This document shows positions 35,484 through 48,490 of a stretch of 64,000 nucleotides of DNA, piece by piece. The stretch covers positions 1-64,000 of the forward strand of contig CALSCP010002097.1 in NCBI GenBank assembly GCA_943704425.1, written 5' to 3'. Positions within the stretch are counted from its first letter, which is position 1; every line of letters starts with the position of its first letter. The stretch comes from Ministeria vibrans ATCC 50519 (taxonomy: Eukaryota; Protista; Filasterea). Made by a program: the position numbers and the translations under genes. Below the pieces are notes generated by a model. The model did no database searches. It saw only the letters and a list, made by a program, of their open reading frames with translations, and was not told the origin of the DNA.

Positions 35484-38400
35484 GTCGTCGTCGTCGTCGT
35501 CGTCGTCTTCGTCGTCATCATCATCATCATCGTCGTCGTCGCAAGCGGCAAATACACTGTCGCGCTTTGCGTCTGCGACTGCCTTGGCGTGTGTGTGTGC
35601 CACCTGACTTGACTTGCGCGGCACTCCCTGCGGCATCACCTGCCGCCCCCCCACATTGGAAATGCGGTCCACAATAACCGCCGCCGCCCTCCCGGAGTTG
35701 CTCTCCTCAGCAGACGGCAGTCTTCTCAACGTTCCTCCTCCGCCACTGGGACCTGCTCCGCCGTTGCTCGCAACCGCACTGCTTCCAATCATTTGCGCAA
35801 CTAGACGACACAAATGAATACAACAATAAATTAAAAAAAAAACAAAACACACACACACACACACGCACACAAAATACAACAAGAACATTATTATTATACT
35901 ATTAATACCATTCTGACTCGAGCGTTTCTGGCGCATACTCTGACGAATACGTTCTTGACGCTCGGCAGCATCGCCACGTCCGCGTCTGCTCTGGCGGTCG
36001 CGCGCAAAGGCATTGCCACTGCGCAGCGACGCAATGAGGTCGTCCATGACTCCCTCTTGGTCACCCTCGACGTCGAGGCTCAGGTTGCGCTGCCTCGCCT
36101 GCTCCTTCTGCTGCCGCTGTTCTCGCTCACGCTTGCGCTGTGCCTCCTTCTCCTTGCGCTCGCGTGCTTTGGCGTTGTCCATCACCGCTCCGTCAAGCGC
36201 ATTGAAGAAGGTCTGGAACGTCCCAAAGAACTCGTCGGGCGCCATGGTCGCAGGGTTCTCGCCAAAAAAGCGCACCACACTGTCGTACTGCTTCATCATG
36301 CGCTCGTACACACGCTCCAGCTCGCCAAAGTCTGTGCCGGCCTTGTCAACAAACTCGGCGAGCGCCTCGACAAAGCGATCGCCCTCGGGCAGTCCCTGGG
36401 AAGTCGCCTCGGTGATGCTGCGCTTCATCGTCACAACGCCCTTGCGCAGCTCGGCCATGTCTGCCTGCAGCGACGGCAGCGACGAGCGCGCCGCCTGCTT
36501 GACGCTACGCAACTCGTTCGTCGTCGTCAGCAACTCGCGCTCCTTGTCCTCACAAAACTGCGAGATAAAGTGTAACAGCGAACTGCGGTTGTCGGCCGTC
36601 TTGGTGTTGGCCAGTTTGGTCAGATGCTCAATCTTGAAACCGCGTGCGCCCGCATTGCGACTGCCCGTGTTCATGTAGTTGCCCAGCAGCAGCACGAGCT
36701 CGAGCAGACGCTCCAGCTTCTTGCTCCCCTTCACGTCTACCGACGCAGCCAGCACTGCCCGGATCTCGGGTTTTACTTCACGCACCATCTCGGCAAAACG
36801 CTTCTTGAACAGCAGATGCGACAAACGCTCGTCAAGCCGCGGCACCGACACTAGAGCCAACGCAAACTGATCCACCTTGGTCAGTGCCGACGGGTTGTCG
36901 GCATGCTCCCGCAGCTTCTCCTCCTCCTCCTTTGACGGTCGGTACTTCAAAAAGTTGTCCAGTGACTGTTCCGTAAACTTGTCTTCCTCCATCGCAATCA
37001 GTTGGTCGCGCATCACCTGCCAATCAACAACAGCACCCAAAGTTGAAAAAAAAAAACAAAAAAAAACATAAGCAACCCGTGACACGATAAAACTTATAGT
37101 AAATGCTGATGATAATAATATTATTATTATGGGTACCGTCGGTTCGGCTTTGAGTCGCTGAAGCAGAATGGACAGGTTGTGGCTCTTCTTGCCCTCGAGA
37201 CAGGAGATACCCTTATTCTTGGCCTTGGCAAGCGCTCCGCTGGCGCCCCCTTCGCCCGACGCAATGTCTGCGCCCGAAGGCTTGGCGCCAAACTGTCGCT
37301 GCAGCTCGAGAAAGTCAATGGAGTCCTCAAAGCGGTTGACGTCTGCCTTGGCCCACACCGTGTCGACAATCTTGGACTCGTTGAATTTGACCCAGTTGAG
37401 ACGTTTCATGGGCACTGCCGGAGTGTGCTTGAGCTCGGGACCCGTCGGACCCGCGGCATTGAACATGCCAAAGACGGGTGGTGGTGGCGGAGCGCCCGGT
37501 GGTGGTGGAGCGTCGGGCACGTCACCCATGGGCGGTGCTGGCGGTGGGGGAGGTGGCGGAGCACCGCCCAATGAGGTACGCGAGGCACGGTTACTTAACA
37601 CGGAAGTGTCGGCTGCGCCACCGACACCTGTACCGTCACCCGAACCGCCCGAGCCATCGCCCGTACCCACACCACGCTGTCTCATTTCGTCCATCTGCTG
37701 ACGCAACTCGGCAATCGTCTCTTGCGCCTCCTCAATGGCAAGGTGTGCCTCCTCAAGCTCCGTGTTGAGCTTGAGTTCGCGATCTGTCTTCTCCTGCACG
37801 GTCTGAGCCAGGTCGGTCTCGAGGTCGCCAATGCGCATCTGTGCACTCGCAAGCTTGTCCTGTAGATTGAACTGAACCAACAGACGATCGACGTCCATGG
37901 TGAAGTGCCCCCGAAAGTCCGGGTCGACGCCGTTGCGCTGGAGAATAATCTGCGTGACGGCCTCGTCGATGAGACGAAAGTAGTGCTTGCGGGCGGCGTA
38001 GTCGTCACGGATGAGCATGAGGTGCTGCAGGATGGAGAGCAGGTGCAATTCTGAGCTCGTACCGCCCACGACGTTTTTCAACAGCATAAAAATCTCCTGT
38101 GGGTCTGTGATCTCCATTTGGATCTTCTCAAAGCGGTCGAGAAGCTCGCTGTAGTCGTGACGCGTCTCGTGCTCAAACACGTCAAGTTGGACGTGCAGTG
38201 CGTCGTTGCCCGTCTGACGCAATGAACCGAGAATGTCGCCGAGACCTAACAGGAGCACTTCGTTGCGCAAGTGCAGACGGAACTCAAGGTCACCGGGACT
38301 GTTGACGAGCGCATTGATGAAGGTGACGCACGCAACCTGCAACGTCACCTTGGTCGCCTGGCTGAGGATGTCGACGAGGGAGGCGAGACGCGTGTCCGAT

Positions 38401-39217
38401 TCGCCACGCGCATTGCCTAGCTGTGTCATGGCTTCGAGGACCATGCGATGACCATCGGGCGGCACGAGACAAACGGCAGCAAGCAACTCGAGCACCATGA
38501 TGACCGTCTTTTCCTCGCCTGTCACAATGGCGCGCGCGACGTACATGAGCGTGCCGCTGTTTTGAATCACGTCGAGCAGACCGTGCTTGTTGTTCATGTA
38601 GGCCGCGAGCGACGCCACACACTCGTGCTGAATGGTCTGTTCCAGTTTCTCGTTGTGACGCGGTCGCTCGACGTCTGCGTCTCGCAGCACCTTCATGAGC
38701 GTGCTCATGCCTTTGATCGACTTGAACTGCTTCACCCACGAGATGGGCTGAGCCTTGAGCGACACCTTGAGGCGCGTGAGCACGTTGGGCAACAGTTTTG
38801 GAGCGCGGATCATTTGAACCTCCTTGAGGCATGTTTCAGGACTGTCCCAGTCTTTGGAGTCGTGTTTCTACAAATTTATTCAAGGAAATAATAATACGCG
38901 ATGGTAAACATTCGAGTTTGGCGTGTGTCATGAATGCACATCTGGCTACTTCGGTACCTCCTCCTTTTTTCGGTGAACGCACAACATGGTCCACTTCTTG
39001 GCCATTTCCTGTTCGAGCATGGGCGCTCGCTTGTCCGGCGGAATGTTCATTTCGTCCATGAGCGAAATAAACTGTTCGTTGAGCTGAGTCTCCGTCATGT
39101 CTGTCGGCATCGGCTTGATCTCCACCGACATGTGCGACTGGCCCATCAGCGACGACGAGGACACGTCGTACTTGGACTCTTTCTTCTTTCGAAACATCAT
39201 TTTCGACTGTGGTCGTA

Positions 39218-39251
<34 letters not shown>

Positions 39252-39728
39252 CGAGAGAAGAAGATGGTTCGTCAGCGAACATTGCAAAATCGAGCGTTAG
39301 ACGGAGAAGTGGCAGCCTGGAGAGGGCGTGAATGTATAGTTCGTGCACACTACTTGAGATTGCATCGGAGGAAGAGGCAATTGAAAGAGGCAGTGCAGAG
39401 AACGGTGAAGATGTGGTTTAAAAAAAAAAAAAAAAACTTTTTTTTGTTGTGACGACAGGAACACATTTCGACTTATTTTCTTGTTGGTGAGGATAGAAGA
39501 GAAGAGAAGGGTTGCGAATGGGGAACGACGGAGGCAAATGTGAACTGGCGAGTTGAACTTTTCAAATCGAGCAAAATAGAGCATCAAGGGGGGACAGCGA
39601 GGGGGGCTGAGGCGCACATGGGAGATGGAGGACGCGGATGGAGCGGGAGGGGTGGTGGTGGGGCGGATCGAGGCGGTTGCGGGCGAGGGATTCGTGTTGA
39701 GGTGATACGGTGCGCATTTACTTACCAT
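35448..39728 (-). CDS. Diaphanous-related formin (GBD/FH3-FH1-FH2-DAD)
   Basis: GBD KKWTML; FH3 LEFRLHLRNE; poly-Pro FH1; FH2 MKRLNW and GNYMN; DAD GVMDDLIASLRSG. An ATG-only first coding exon (39726-39728) splices in frame across 39207-39725. 3' end uncertain. Confidence 0.92.
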
Positions 39729-40211
39729 GGTGATTGGCACAACCTTCCCGAAGCGGGGCTCGCGGCAGTCGGGTGCTGCGAGGCAGTACACAGAGACAAG
39801 CGCAGAAAAGGCGAGAGCCCGTGAGGGTCTGAGGGATCAATGACAAGTTTGAGTGATAAGTGATTTCAGATTTGACTCTGAAATGAAATGGATTTGAGTG
39901 AGTTGACACTTGACAGTCTGAGTGAAGTATCTGAACTCTCTTTTAATTATGCTGACTCAACGCTATACGTTTGGTCCCCTGTGCGATTCGTCTGTATATA
40001 CGCTTTGGACCGCTGTAAATGATAAAAGCAATCCTACTTCTAATGTCGAATCAAGGGAACGACGAGCCAGAAGCGCAGTAGGGCGCTTGTTCATACTGTT
40101 ATTTTCTGTCAATTGGAACAGACGACACAATCGCACACAATATCGATTTGTGTATGTTCCAACGTACTATATATATACAATAGATACCGCCGCCACTGGC
40201 TGTTTACAGAG

Positions 40212-41391
40212 TCAGACGCTGGACTCGCGTGCGGCGGCAAGACGAGCGCGCTGGCAAGCAATGGCACGGTCCAGAGTGGCCAGGCGCGCCCGGTTCGCTG
40301 CAATGCGCTCTTCAAGCACTCGTGCAATGAGACCGTGGACCTTTTGAAGCATCGTTGTGAGCGCAGACACTGCGACACACACACACATATAGAGGAGTGT
40401 GTGATGTTAGAAAGCGACAAGTAAGGCTGTCTCGAAATCGGTTACCAAAGACAAGGCCATTCTGAAATGCGACAATGCTTGTGTCGGGGTTTTCTGCGTC
40501 CAGAGAGTGGCGTGAGGCGAGGAAAAGCGCGCGTTCCTCGTTTACAAGTGCCTGCAGCAGCTGTGTCAGTGCTGTGGGCTGGAAAAGACTGTCGCGCGCA
40601 CTGCTGTCGAATATTTCTAATGGAATTTGAACGGCCTCGTAGCTAACAGAGAAAGAAAAGGAAGCAAAGCAGAAAGGCGTCGCGTATACGCGAGTACGTG
40701 TGTGCAAAAGTGAATGTGTGAGTGAGTGAGATGCAAAACAACGTTCGAGTTTGTACCCGCCAGCGTCGCATTGTTTCGCTTGAAAGCACGTTACATAAAC
40801 ATGTTCCATCTACGTAGGGAGGCGGATAAGCGCAATGTGTTCCTTTTATCACGTTATTCTCTCCCTGCCTTTATCTCTTACCAGGGAGGGCTCGCTGCGA
40901 AACACGGAGAAAATGAGACCACAAAAGGTATGATCGAGCATCTGCTGCTGAGCCTGTGTGAGTGCGTCTGCGACGGCAAAAGACGTGTTTGAAAAGAGCG
41001 CTCTGGTCTCAATCGACGACCTACCAACATGCGAAGGCCATACGGTGAGCTTGGGGTGGGAATGGTACCAGCCGACGACGCGCGTCGCAAGGCCCGTCGT
41101 CTGCTCCAGCTCCTCCATTTCGCCAACGACGCTCGTCAGCACCTCCGCGGGGATTTCTACGCGGTCGCACTTGCGGTCACTTCGTTCAAACACCCTAATC
41201 GAGTAGATGCGCACTTCGTTGTCGCTCTACAGTCGCGCAGAAGAGTGTCGGGTCGAGAATAAGCGATTTCACATCAAGTCACATACCACAGTTCCAATTA
41301 AACAACCCATAATCTCCTCCTTATTCGTCGTCTGCGCATGGGTAAAACACAGCTCCAGTGCCGAAGCTGACAGCAAGGCGCGCTCCAGCAT
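40212..41391 (-). CDS. BRCC3: K63-specific JAMM deubiquitinase BRCC36
   Basis: EEIMGCLIG, RSDRKCDRVEI, VGWYHSHPKLTVWPSHV|D, GLIFSVF and a C-terminal coiled coil. Confidence 0.92.
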
Positions 41392-41684
41392 AGTAAATAA
41401 TTTGAGTACGTTCGAAGTGGTTCGAAATTCGAATCATAAGGTATAAGAGTTAGTTAGCATCTTGCAAATATCGTCAATAGCGTCACTATCATTTATCGCG
41501 ACTACCGTCTTCGACTCTCTTTGACTAACTAACAAGTTAGCGTTGGGATCACGTACTTAAGGCGTTTTACTGTTCGACCGAATAAGAATTAATAATAATA
41601 ATTATTATTATTATTATAATTGTGATAATATTATTATAATAATATTATCATATTCAATAAAATATTTTTAAGTCTTTCCACTCT

Positions 41685-43690
41685 ATGAGCTCTGAGGTCG
41701 AACAGGAAGTTGCGACTCAGGAAGTTGTGACTAGCGCTGAAGCGGTGAGTGGCGACGCTGCGGTCGCAATGGACTCGGGAGAGCCGACTGCAAACAATGA
41801 AGCGTGTGGCGTCGATTCACAATCGCAAGCGCCTGAGGTGTCAGTTTCGCACGTTCATCCAGTGCACGCCCTCCAAGAGCCTGTGCCGAGCGTGGCGTCG
41901 GCACAGGGTGGTGAGAATGCCGTGCGGGAGAGTGGGGCTGAAGAAAACGATGCCACGCCGTCGACGTCGGGTCACGAAAAAAATGCTGCCACTGAAGCTC
42001 CAAGCACCAGTGAGCCCCAAGCTGCCGGTAGTAGTGATGCGCTCGTGTCTGGCGCGAGCGAGGAGACCGGGGCCGCTGTGGAAACGGCTGCTGTGGAGGG
42101 AGCGGTCGTTGTTCCCGAATCGCATTTGGGCGCGTCGCGCCGATCGCGCTCACCGTCGTTGTCACGAAGCAGCAAAGAGAAGGAGAAGGAAGGTAGAGGT
42201 GATGCTGAACATCATGGGCATCACAGCAGCAAAGACCGCGAACATGAGCGAGAGAAGGACAAAGACAGGGCGCGTCCGCCCTCGTCGTCCTTATCGTCGT
42301 CACGTCGCCGATCTCGCTCCCGTTCGCCACCGAGTCGTGGCCGATCGTCGTCGTCGCGTCGTCGCAGCCGAAGTCGAAGTCCTCCCTCGTCACGTCGTAG
42401 TGGATCGTCACGACGCGATCGTGATCGCTCTCCGCCTCGGGTGGGCGCCGCGCGTTTTCGCTCTCTTCCCGAAGCTTGTCGTGTGTTCATTGGAAATCTC
42501 GCACCCCAGTCGGTCACCACCCCCGAAGTACGGGCACGCTTTGAGAAATACGGGCGTGTGCTGGAGGTGGCGTTGCATGATCGATTCTGCTTTGTGCAAT
42601 TCGACACGGTCGAGAGTGCGCAAGAGGCAATTCTCCACGAAAAGGGCACTCAGCTAGGCAACCGCACCATCGATGTGAGTATTGCAGGGGCACCGGGCAC
42701 AGTGCGACGTGGACCCCCAGTGACGGCGACCACCGGTCCTCCACAGCCAGGAGCGGCGATTCCCTACGGGGCCCATAGTGCTGCGTCATCGTACGGTCGT
42801 CACCAGCCTCAGTCAGTGCCACAGCAACACCACAACCCGTACCAACAGCAAGGCACAGGGGCGCCCCCAAACCGTCATGGTGGGCCCTCTGCCCCTGTGC
42901 CTGTTGCCATGCCTCCACCGGCGCCATCGAGTGCCGTTGCAGCGCCGGCCGACCTCAAAATCATCGTCAAAACACGCGACCAGATTAGCTATGCCGAGCA
43001 AATTGCAACGAGTGTCGTGCGTGAAGTACGTCTTGAAATTGACATTATGGTGCTAGACAGTCTTCCGGTGCGCGAGGCGACGACGCGTGCCCGTCGCGAA
43101 GGGGTGGGACTTCTTGCTGTCGTGTACCCCAACGACAATGTTCGTGGCGTCGTCACCGTCCATGTCTTTCATCGCACTCCTCCCGCCGGTAAGGGACCCA
43201 TGCGCACCAGGCGAACCAATTAATTTTGTATTTTGTGGTTATTTGTAGAGTTTTCCAATGTGCCCATTGTCGAGGCAGTGCGCATTATTGTAGGCGAGCA
43301 CCAACGAGCGATGCAGTTGCGAGGCCAGCATGTCGTCCCTCCTGCTGCGACCGCTGCGGCTCCTATTGGCGCTCCCTATGCTCCCCAGCCGCCGTATCAT
43401 CAAAATCCGCCTCCTCCGCCTCACCAGCAGCACCAACCGTCGTACGCCCCGCAGCAGACCGCTCAAACATCGTACTACCAGCAGCAGCAACAACAACCAC
43501 CGCAGCAACAGCAACAACAGCGGTACCCTCAGTCAGCGTACGGAGCTGCCGCTGCTGGTGCCGGTCCTACTGTTGCGCCGTCACAACCTCCTCCACCACA
43601 GGCTCACTCGACGTACTCCGGTGCATTCCCAGGCTCTTCTGCATTGCAGGAGCAAGAGGCAGCTGTGCAAGCCAAGATCATGACTCTACT

Positions 43691-43721
<31 letters not shown>

Positions 43722-43919
43722 CAACAACAACAACAGCAACAACCCAATCTGTATGGACGGCCTCCTGCCTCCAGCACTGCACCTGCTGCGTACGGCACCG
43801 CCTCTCAACCGCCCTACTCTAACGCACCGGCCCAACAGCAACATTACCACCCCCAACAACACCAACCGCACCAACCACACCAGCAGCACCAGCAGCACCA
43901 ACAACACCACCCCCATCCT

Positions 43920-43957
<38 letters not shown>

Positions 43958-44111
43958 GCAGCACGCACAGCTACCGTCATCTCAACACGCCGCATCCGCG
44001 TCCATTCCCGTCGTCCCTTCAGCCATTGACCTCTCTCGTCCCGACATGAAACGCGCTCTCGACGAACTCCTTGCCAATCCTGCCCTTCTCAGTTCTCTCT
44101 CTCGTCGCTAA
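41685..44111 (+). CDS. NCOA5: NCOA5-like protein: RS region, RRM, anticodon-binding-like domain, poly-Q tail
   Basis: RVFIGNL RRM; DLKIIVKTRDQISYAEQI; C-terminal IDLSRPDMKRALDELL; one short intron near 43190-43248. Confidence 0.75.
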
Positions 44112-44269
44112 CCACCCGGAGAAAACAAAATATAGAAAAAAAAACTGATATAAAAATGAAAGGTTCCTATAATGTTACTAATGATATCTTTTGTTTGTAC
44201 TACGCTCCATTTATTTTATTTCTCTGCCTATTCCGGTTCACTAAATTCATATTTTGCACTGTGTAATAG

Positions 44270-45702
44270 TTATTGATCTTTCTTGAGCTGGGGGTCGGTG
44301 GGAGTTTCGCCGGCAAAGGGATCGTTCTGGTCGTCGGTGGTGGCGAGCTTCCACATGAAGCGAGCAAAGACAAGGAAGACGACAAGACCGCCCAGGCCAA
44401 TGTACGGATGGTCCCGGTACATCTGCAGGAAGGGCTGGACGCCGTTGCGCATGCCCCGCAGCAGCGCTGCCATCACGCCTGTGCCTCCGCTGGCCTCTAT
44501 CTTGCCTTCAACAACGTCAGTGACAAACGCCGTAATAGCGTCCGCTGTGACGGCCGTGTCGCGAGGTAGCGGCCAGTTTTCGCGCGTCGACGAGCGCCAC
44601 ACGACCACGGTGGGTACGTCGTCCTCAGTCATGCCAAACTCACCGCGGTAAAAATTGGAGTAGTCGTTGATGTTGGCGACGACAAACTGAAAGTCGCGTG
44701 CCTCAGGCAGCACCGTGGCGCTCGCCTCCGTCACCTGGGTGGCCGCCTGACGCATGGCCAAGCCCAGTTCGCTGCCCAGGTCCGCACTCGACTGCACACC
44801 CATGACAAGTGTCTTACCCGAGTCCGCCAAAAATTGTCCATTTTGCGGTGTGAGCGGTGGACACAATGGCCAGCGTTCCAGTGCGAACCAATCGCTCAGC
44901 TGCGACGCGGCAAAAGCTCCGCCAAAAGGCTCAAACGACACCACACGGCCGTCTTTGCACGCCACCACCGCAACACCATTGCTGTTGGGTGCGGCCACCG
45001 TCACCGACAGTTTAGCCAGCACCTCCTTGTTGTTCGTCTCATAAAAATCGACTAAGGAATAAAAAGTGTGAGGATAGGAGTCAACACGAGCGATGTGGCG
45101 ATCAAGCACTGCTTACCACCCATGAAGTTTGCTCGGGCGAGCTTGCGAAACTCGAGGGACACATTGGGTGGCACGCGTTTGCCACCCTTCTTCTTCTTGA
45201 CGGGTTCGTCGGCAAGGGCGCTGGTGCTGTCGCTGTCGACGCGTGCGTGGACGAAGAAGACGGAGTGGGTCTTTTCCGCGGCGGCACGGATCTGTTCGAG
45301 TTGCGCGACGCTCGTGATCGCCTTGACAGGCTCGCTTGTGGCACGGTGTACATACTCCTTGAGTTGCGGGAGCTTGCGATCGCCGCGGTAGTCTGGGAAG
45401 GCGACGCCGTCGTGGAAGAGCGTCAAAGTGGGGAATCCGCGAACCTTCTCGCACGCCGTGGGTGGCGACGATTGTGTACAGTCGACGCGCACCACCTTGA
45501 CGCCTTGTACCTCGTGCGACAGTCTCTCCCACGTGGGCTCCAGCGTTTGGCAGTGGCCGCACCACGGCGCGAAAAACTTGACAAAGGTGTAGCCCTTGTT
45601 GACGGCATCATCAAAGGTCTCGTCCGTCAGCAACGCCACTTCGCCGTAGGCCGTCGCCACTGCAAGTGCACCCAGAAAGGTAAGGGTTGTCGTCAAGCGC
45701 AT
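44270..45702 (-). CDS. TMX3: Transmembrane protein disulfide isomerase
   Basis: Signal peptide, a single WCGHC, thioredoxin-like b domains, C-terminal TM and KKDQ ER-retrieval end. Confidence 0.75.
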
Positions 45703-46429
45703 CGCAAAGGTTAATTTTTGACTTTTACGATCGTTGATCAAAATTCCTCTCCATTGAAATTTCACATTTTGTTTCCCTTTTTTGTTGCATTTGGCTTGAG
45801 ACTATATCATCATGGTATGGAGAGGGTGACTGGCGCCTTGCGATTTGTCTTTTTTTCTGTCCTTTCGCGTCGATGTCATTGTGACTCTCCTGAAAAATCC
45901 CCAACATCTTCCGCCTTGTGATGCGCATCAGATCGCGTCTTTGACGGGACCTCGTGTATTTCCGGGCGCGACTGCGGCAATGCTTGTCGCCTTGCGTGTG
46001 CCATGATTTTTTTTTTTGCGTTTTTTGTATCAGTTGTTGAGTGCTCCTTGCGCTCACTCCCGCTCCTCGTGAGGGGCGTGTCGCCCTCTCGTTCTGAACC
46101 ACTCACCTCTGCTCTGGCGCCCGGCCTGATCCGTGTGTTTTTTTTCCCTCTGTCATCCGCTCGTCAAAACGTTCCACTCTTTCTCTTTCGCTTTCTCTCT
46201 CTCTCTCTCTCTCTCGGTCTCTCCTCTCTCTCCTCTCCCTCTCTTTCTCTCTCTCTCTCTCTCTCTCGCCCCGCTTTGGGTTTCAGCGACGCGGCGTCGT
46301 CATCGCCCTCTCGACCACCCTACATGTCCCCCTGCCCCTTCCTTGCCCCCCTCCCCCCTCTCCTTGTCCGCTCCGAACGCACAACATTATTATTATTATT
46401 AATTTTTTTTTTTTTTACTTTTGATGAAA

Positions 46430-46470
<41 letters not shown>

Positions 46471-47415
46471 GCTCCTATTCAATGCACGCCACATGGCAGT
46501 AGCCCAGACCGCTGCCAATTGCTACTTTGGTCCTTATTGTGACGTTGGAGCAGCAATCGCTTGCTTAACAGCGCGACACTATTTTTTTTTTTTTTTTTTT
46601 TTTTTTTGACACACACACAGTTCCCGCTTGCTCCACGCCGTATGGCCCCGTTCGCGTCTGCACCTTCCTCTCCCTGCTGTCTGCTGTCTTCTTGCACCAC
46701 CAGACCTCCCTCTCGCTTGCGCTGAGTGTCTACTTTTTGAAGTGCCGAGAGTTAAAAAAAAAAAAAAAGCCTCGAGAAAAAAAACCGTAGAGGGAGCAAC
46801 GCACGGCTTTGACGGTGTGTGCGACACACACGTGTGTGGATGGTGGTGGCGGGCGAGGCGTACCGCTTGAAGAGGCGTGTTTGGCGATAGAAAAGAAAAA
46901 AAAAAGGGCTTTTTGGAGCAAAGGGGAATCTCTCGTGTGCCGCCACTCCTCTCGTGGGGCACTGCTGTCTTTCGCACTCGTCTGCGAACCAGCGCACAGC
47001 CCCCCGGTGCGTCTCTGCACCGTACATGCCGGCCTAGGCGGCCGTGGATGTCCACGCGTGGTGAATTTCAAGACTCTTTTTTTTTTTTTTTTTTTGGTCT
47101 TGTCGTGACTCTCTTTGGGCAGCGACAACACGTGCGTCGTCCACGGATCACCCACGATCTTCTAGCGCTTCGTCTCTTCCCGTTGTTCCTGCTCCGTCTG
47201 TTCCTTCCCATTTTGTACTATTTTTTATTGCTTTTTGGCTCTCCTCTTGTGTTCAATCGCACGGGCTACCATCACGCACTCCGCACTGCACACGCCTCTC
47301 TTATCCACCCCTCCCTCACGCTCCTTCTATCCATGATTCATGGACTCGTCGTCGTATTTTTTGTCTCATCTCGTTCTGACTTATGTATCTTTGCGTCTTC
47401 TCCTTCTCTCCAGCA

Positions 47416-48201
47416 ATGCCGCGCGGACCCAAGCTCCATCTCAAGCGGTTGAACGCCCCCCACCATTGGCTTTTGGACAAAGTCTCGGGTCGCTTTGCGC
47501 CCAAGCCTTCTCCCGGACCGCACAAGTCGCGTGAGTGCATTCCGCTCATTGTCTTCATCCGTAACCGCCTGAAGTACGCGCTGACGGGCCAGGAGGTGAA
47601 GCTCATCTGCATGCAGCGTCTGATCAAGGTCGACGGTAAGGTGCGCACAGACACCAACTACCCGGCCGGCTTCATGGACGTCGTGTCCCTGGAGCGCAGC
47701 AACGAGCACTTCCGCATGATGTTCGACACCAAGGGCCGCTTCACCGTGCACCGCATCACCCCCGAGGAGGCGCGCTACAAACTGTGCAAGGTCAAGGCTG
47801 TGCGTGTCGGCGCCAAGAGCGTTCCTTGCGTCACGCTCCACGATGGCCGCACCATCCGCTACCCCGACCCGCTCGCCAAGGTCGCCGACTCGGTCAAGGT
47901 TGACCTCGAGACCAACACCGTCACGGACGTGATCAAGTTCGACACTGGCTCGCTCGTCATGATCACAGGCGGACACAACATCGGCCGTGTGGGCACAGTC
48001 GTCCAGAAGGAGCGCCACCCCGGCTCCTTTGACATTGTTCACGTCAAGGACTCGGCGGGCCGCTCGTTCGCTACCCGCTCCGGCAACGTCTTCGTCATTG
48101 GCAAGGGCAGCAAGGCCCTGGTGTCCCTCCCCAAGACCAAGGGCGTCCGTCTTACCATCGCCCAGGAGCGCGACCGCCGCTTCGCAAAGGCGTCTGCATA
48201 A
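47416..48201 (+). CDS. RPS4: 40S ribosomal protein eS4
   Basis: [32 protein letters not shown]; strong C/G third-position bias. Confidence 0.98.
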   Translation: MPRGPKLHLKRLNAPHHWLLDKVSGRFAPKPSPGPHKSRECIPLIVFIRNRLKYALTGQEVKLICMQRLIKVDGKVRTDTNYPAGFMDVVSLERSNEHFRMMFDTKGRFTVHRITPEEARYKLCKVKAVRVGAKSVPCVTLHDGRTIRYPDPLAKVADSVKVDLETNTVTDVIKFDTGSLVMITGGHNIGRVGTVVQKERHPGSFDIVHVKDSAGRSFATRSGNVFVIGKGSKALVSLPKTKGVRLTIAQERDRRFAKASA

Positions 48202-48308
48202 ACAAATCTCCCCACCACTTTTTGAGTACACAAAAAAGAAATATCTGTTCCAAAAAACTGAAATTAGCTATGAGAAGGAAAAAGAGAGAGGAGAAAGAAA
48301 CAAAAGGC

Positions 48309-48490
48309 ATGATAGAAAGAGAGAGAATGTTTATTTGAATGCAAAAAGATCATCGATGTCATCGGATGAGCCAAGGAAGACTAACCATGAGAAAGAAATG
48401 ATAGAGAGGAGAAAGAAATGATAGAAAGAGAGAGAATGTTTATTTGAAAGCAAGAAGATCATCGATGTCATCGGATGAGCCAAGGAAGAC
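48309..48490. repeat. 73-bp duplication of the FBPase 3' end
   Basis: 48309-48381 and 48418-48490 differ at two bases. Confidence 0.9.

Noticed and set aside
46923-47272. RNase P/MRP-like P4 pairing
   Set aside because: Poor match to the conserved regions, and internal poly-T runs would stop Pol III.
47338-48231. 297-aa antisense ORF to RPS4
   Set aside because: Typical stop-free antisense frame of a strongly codon-biased gene.
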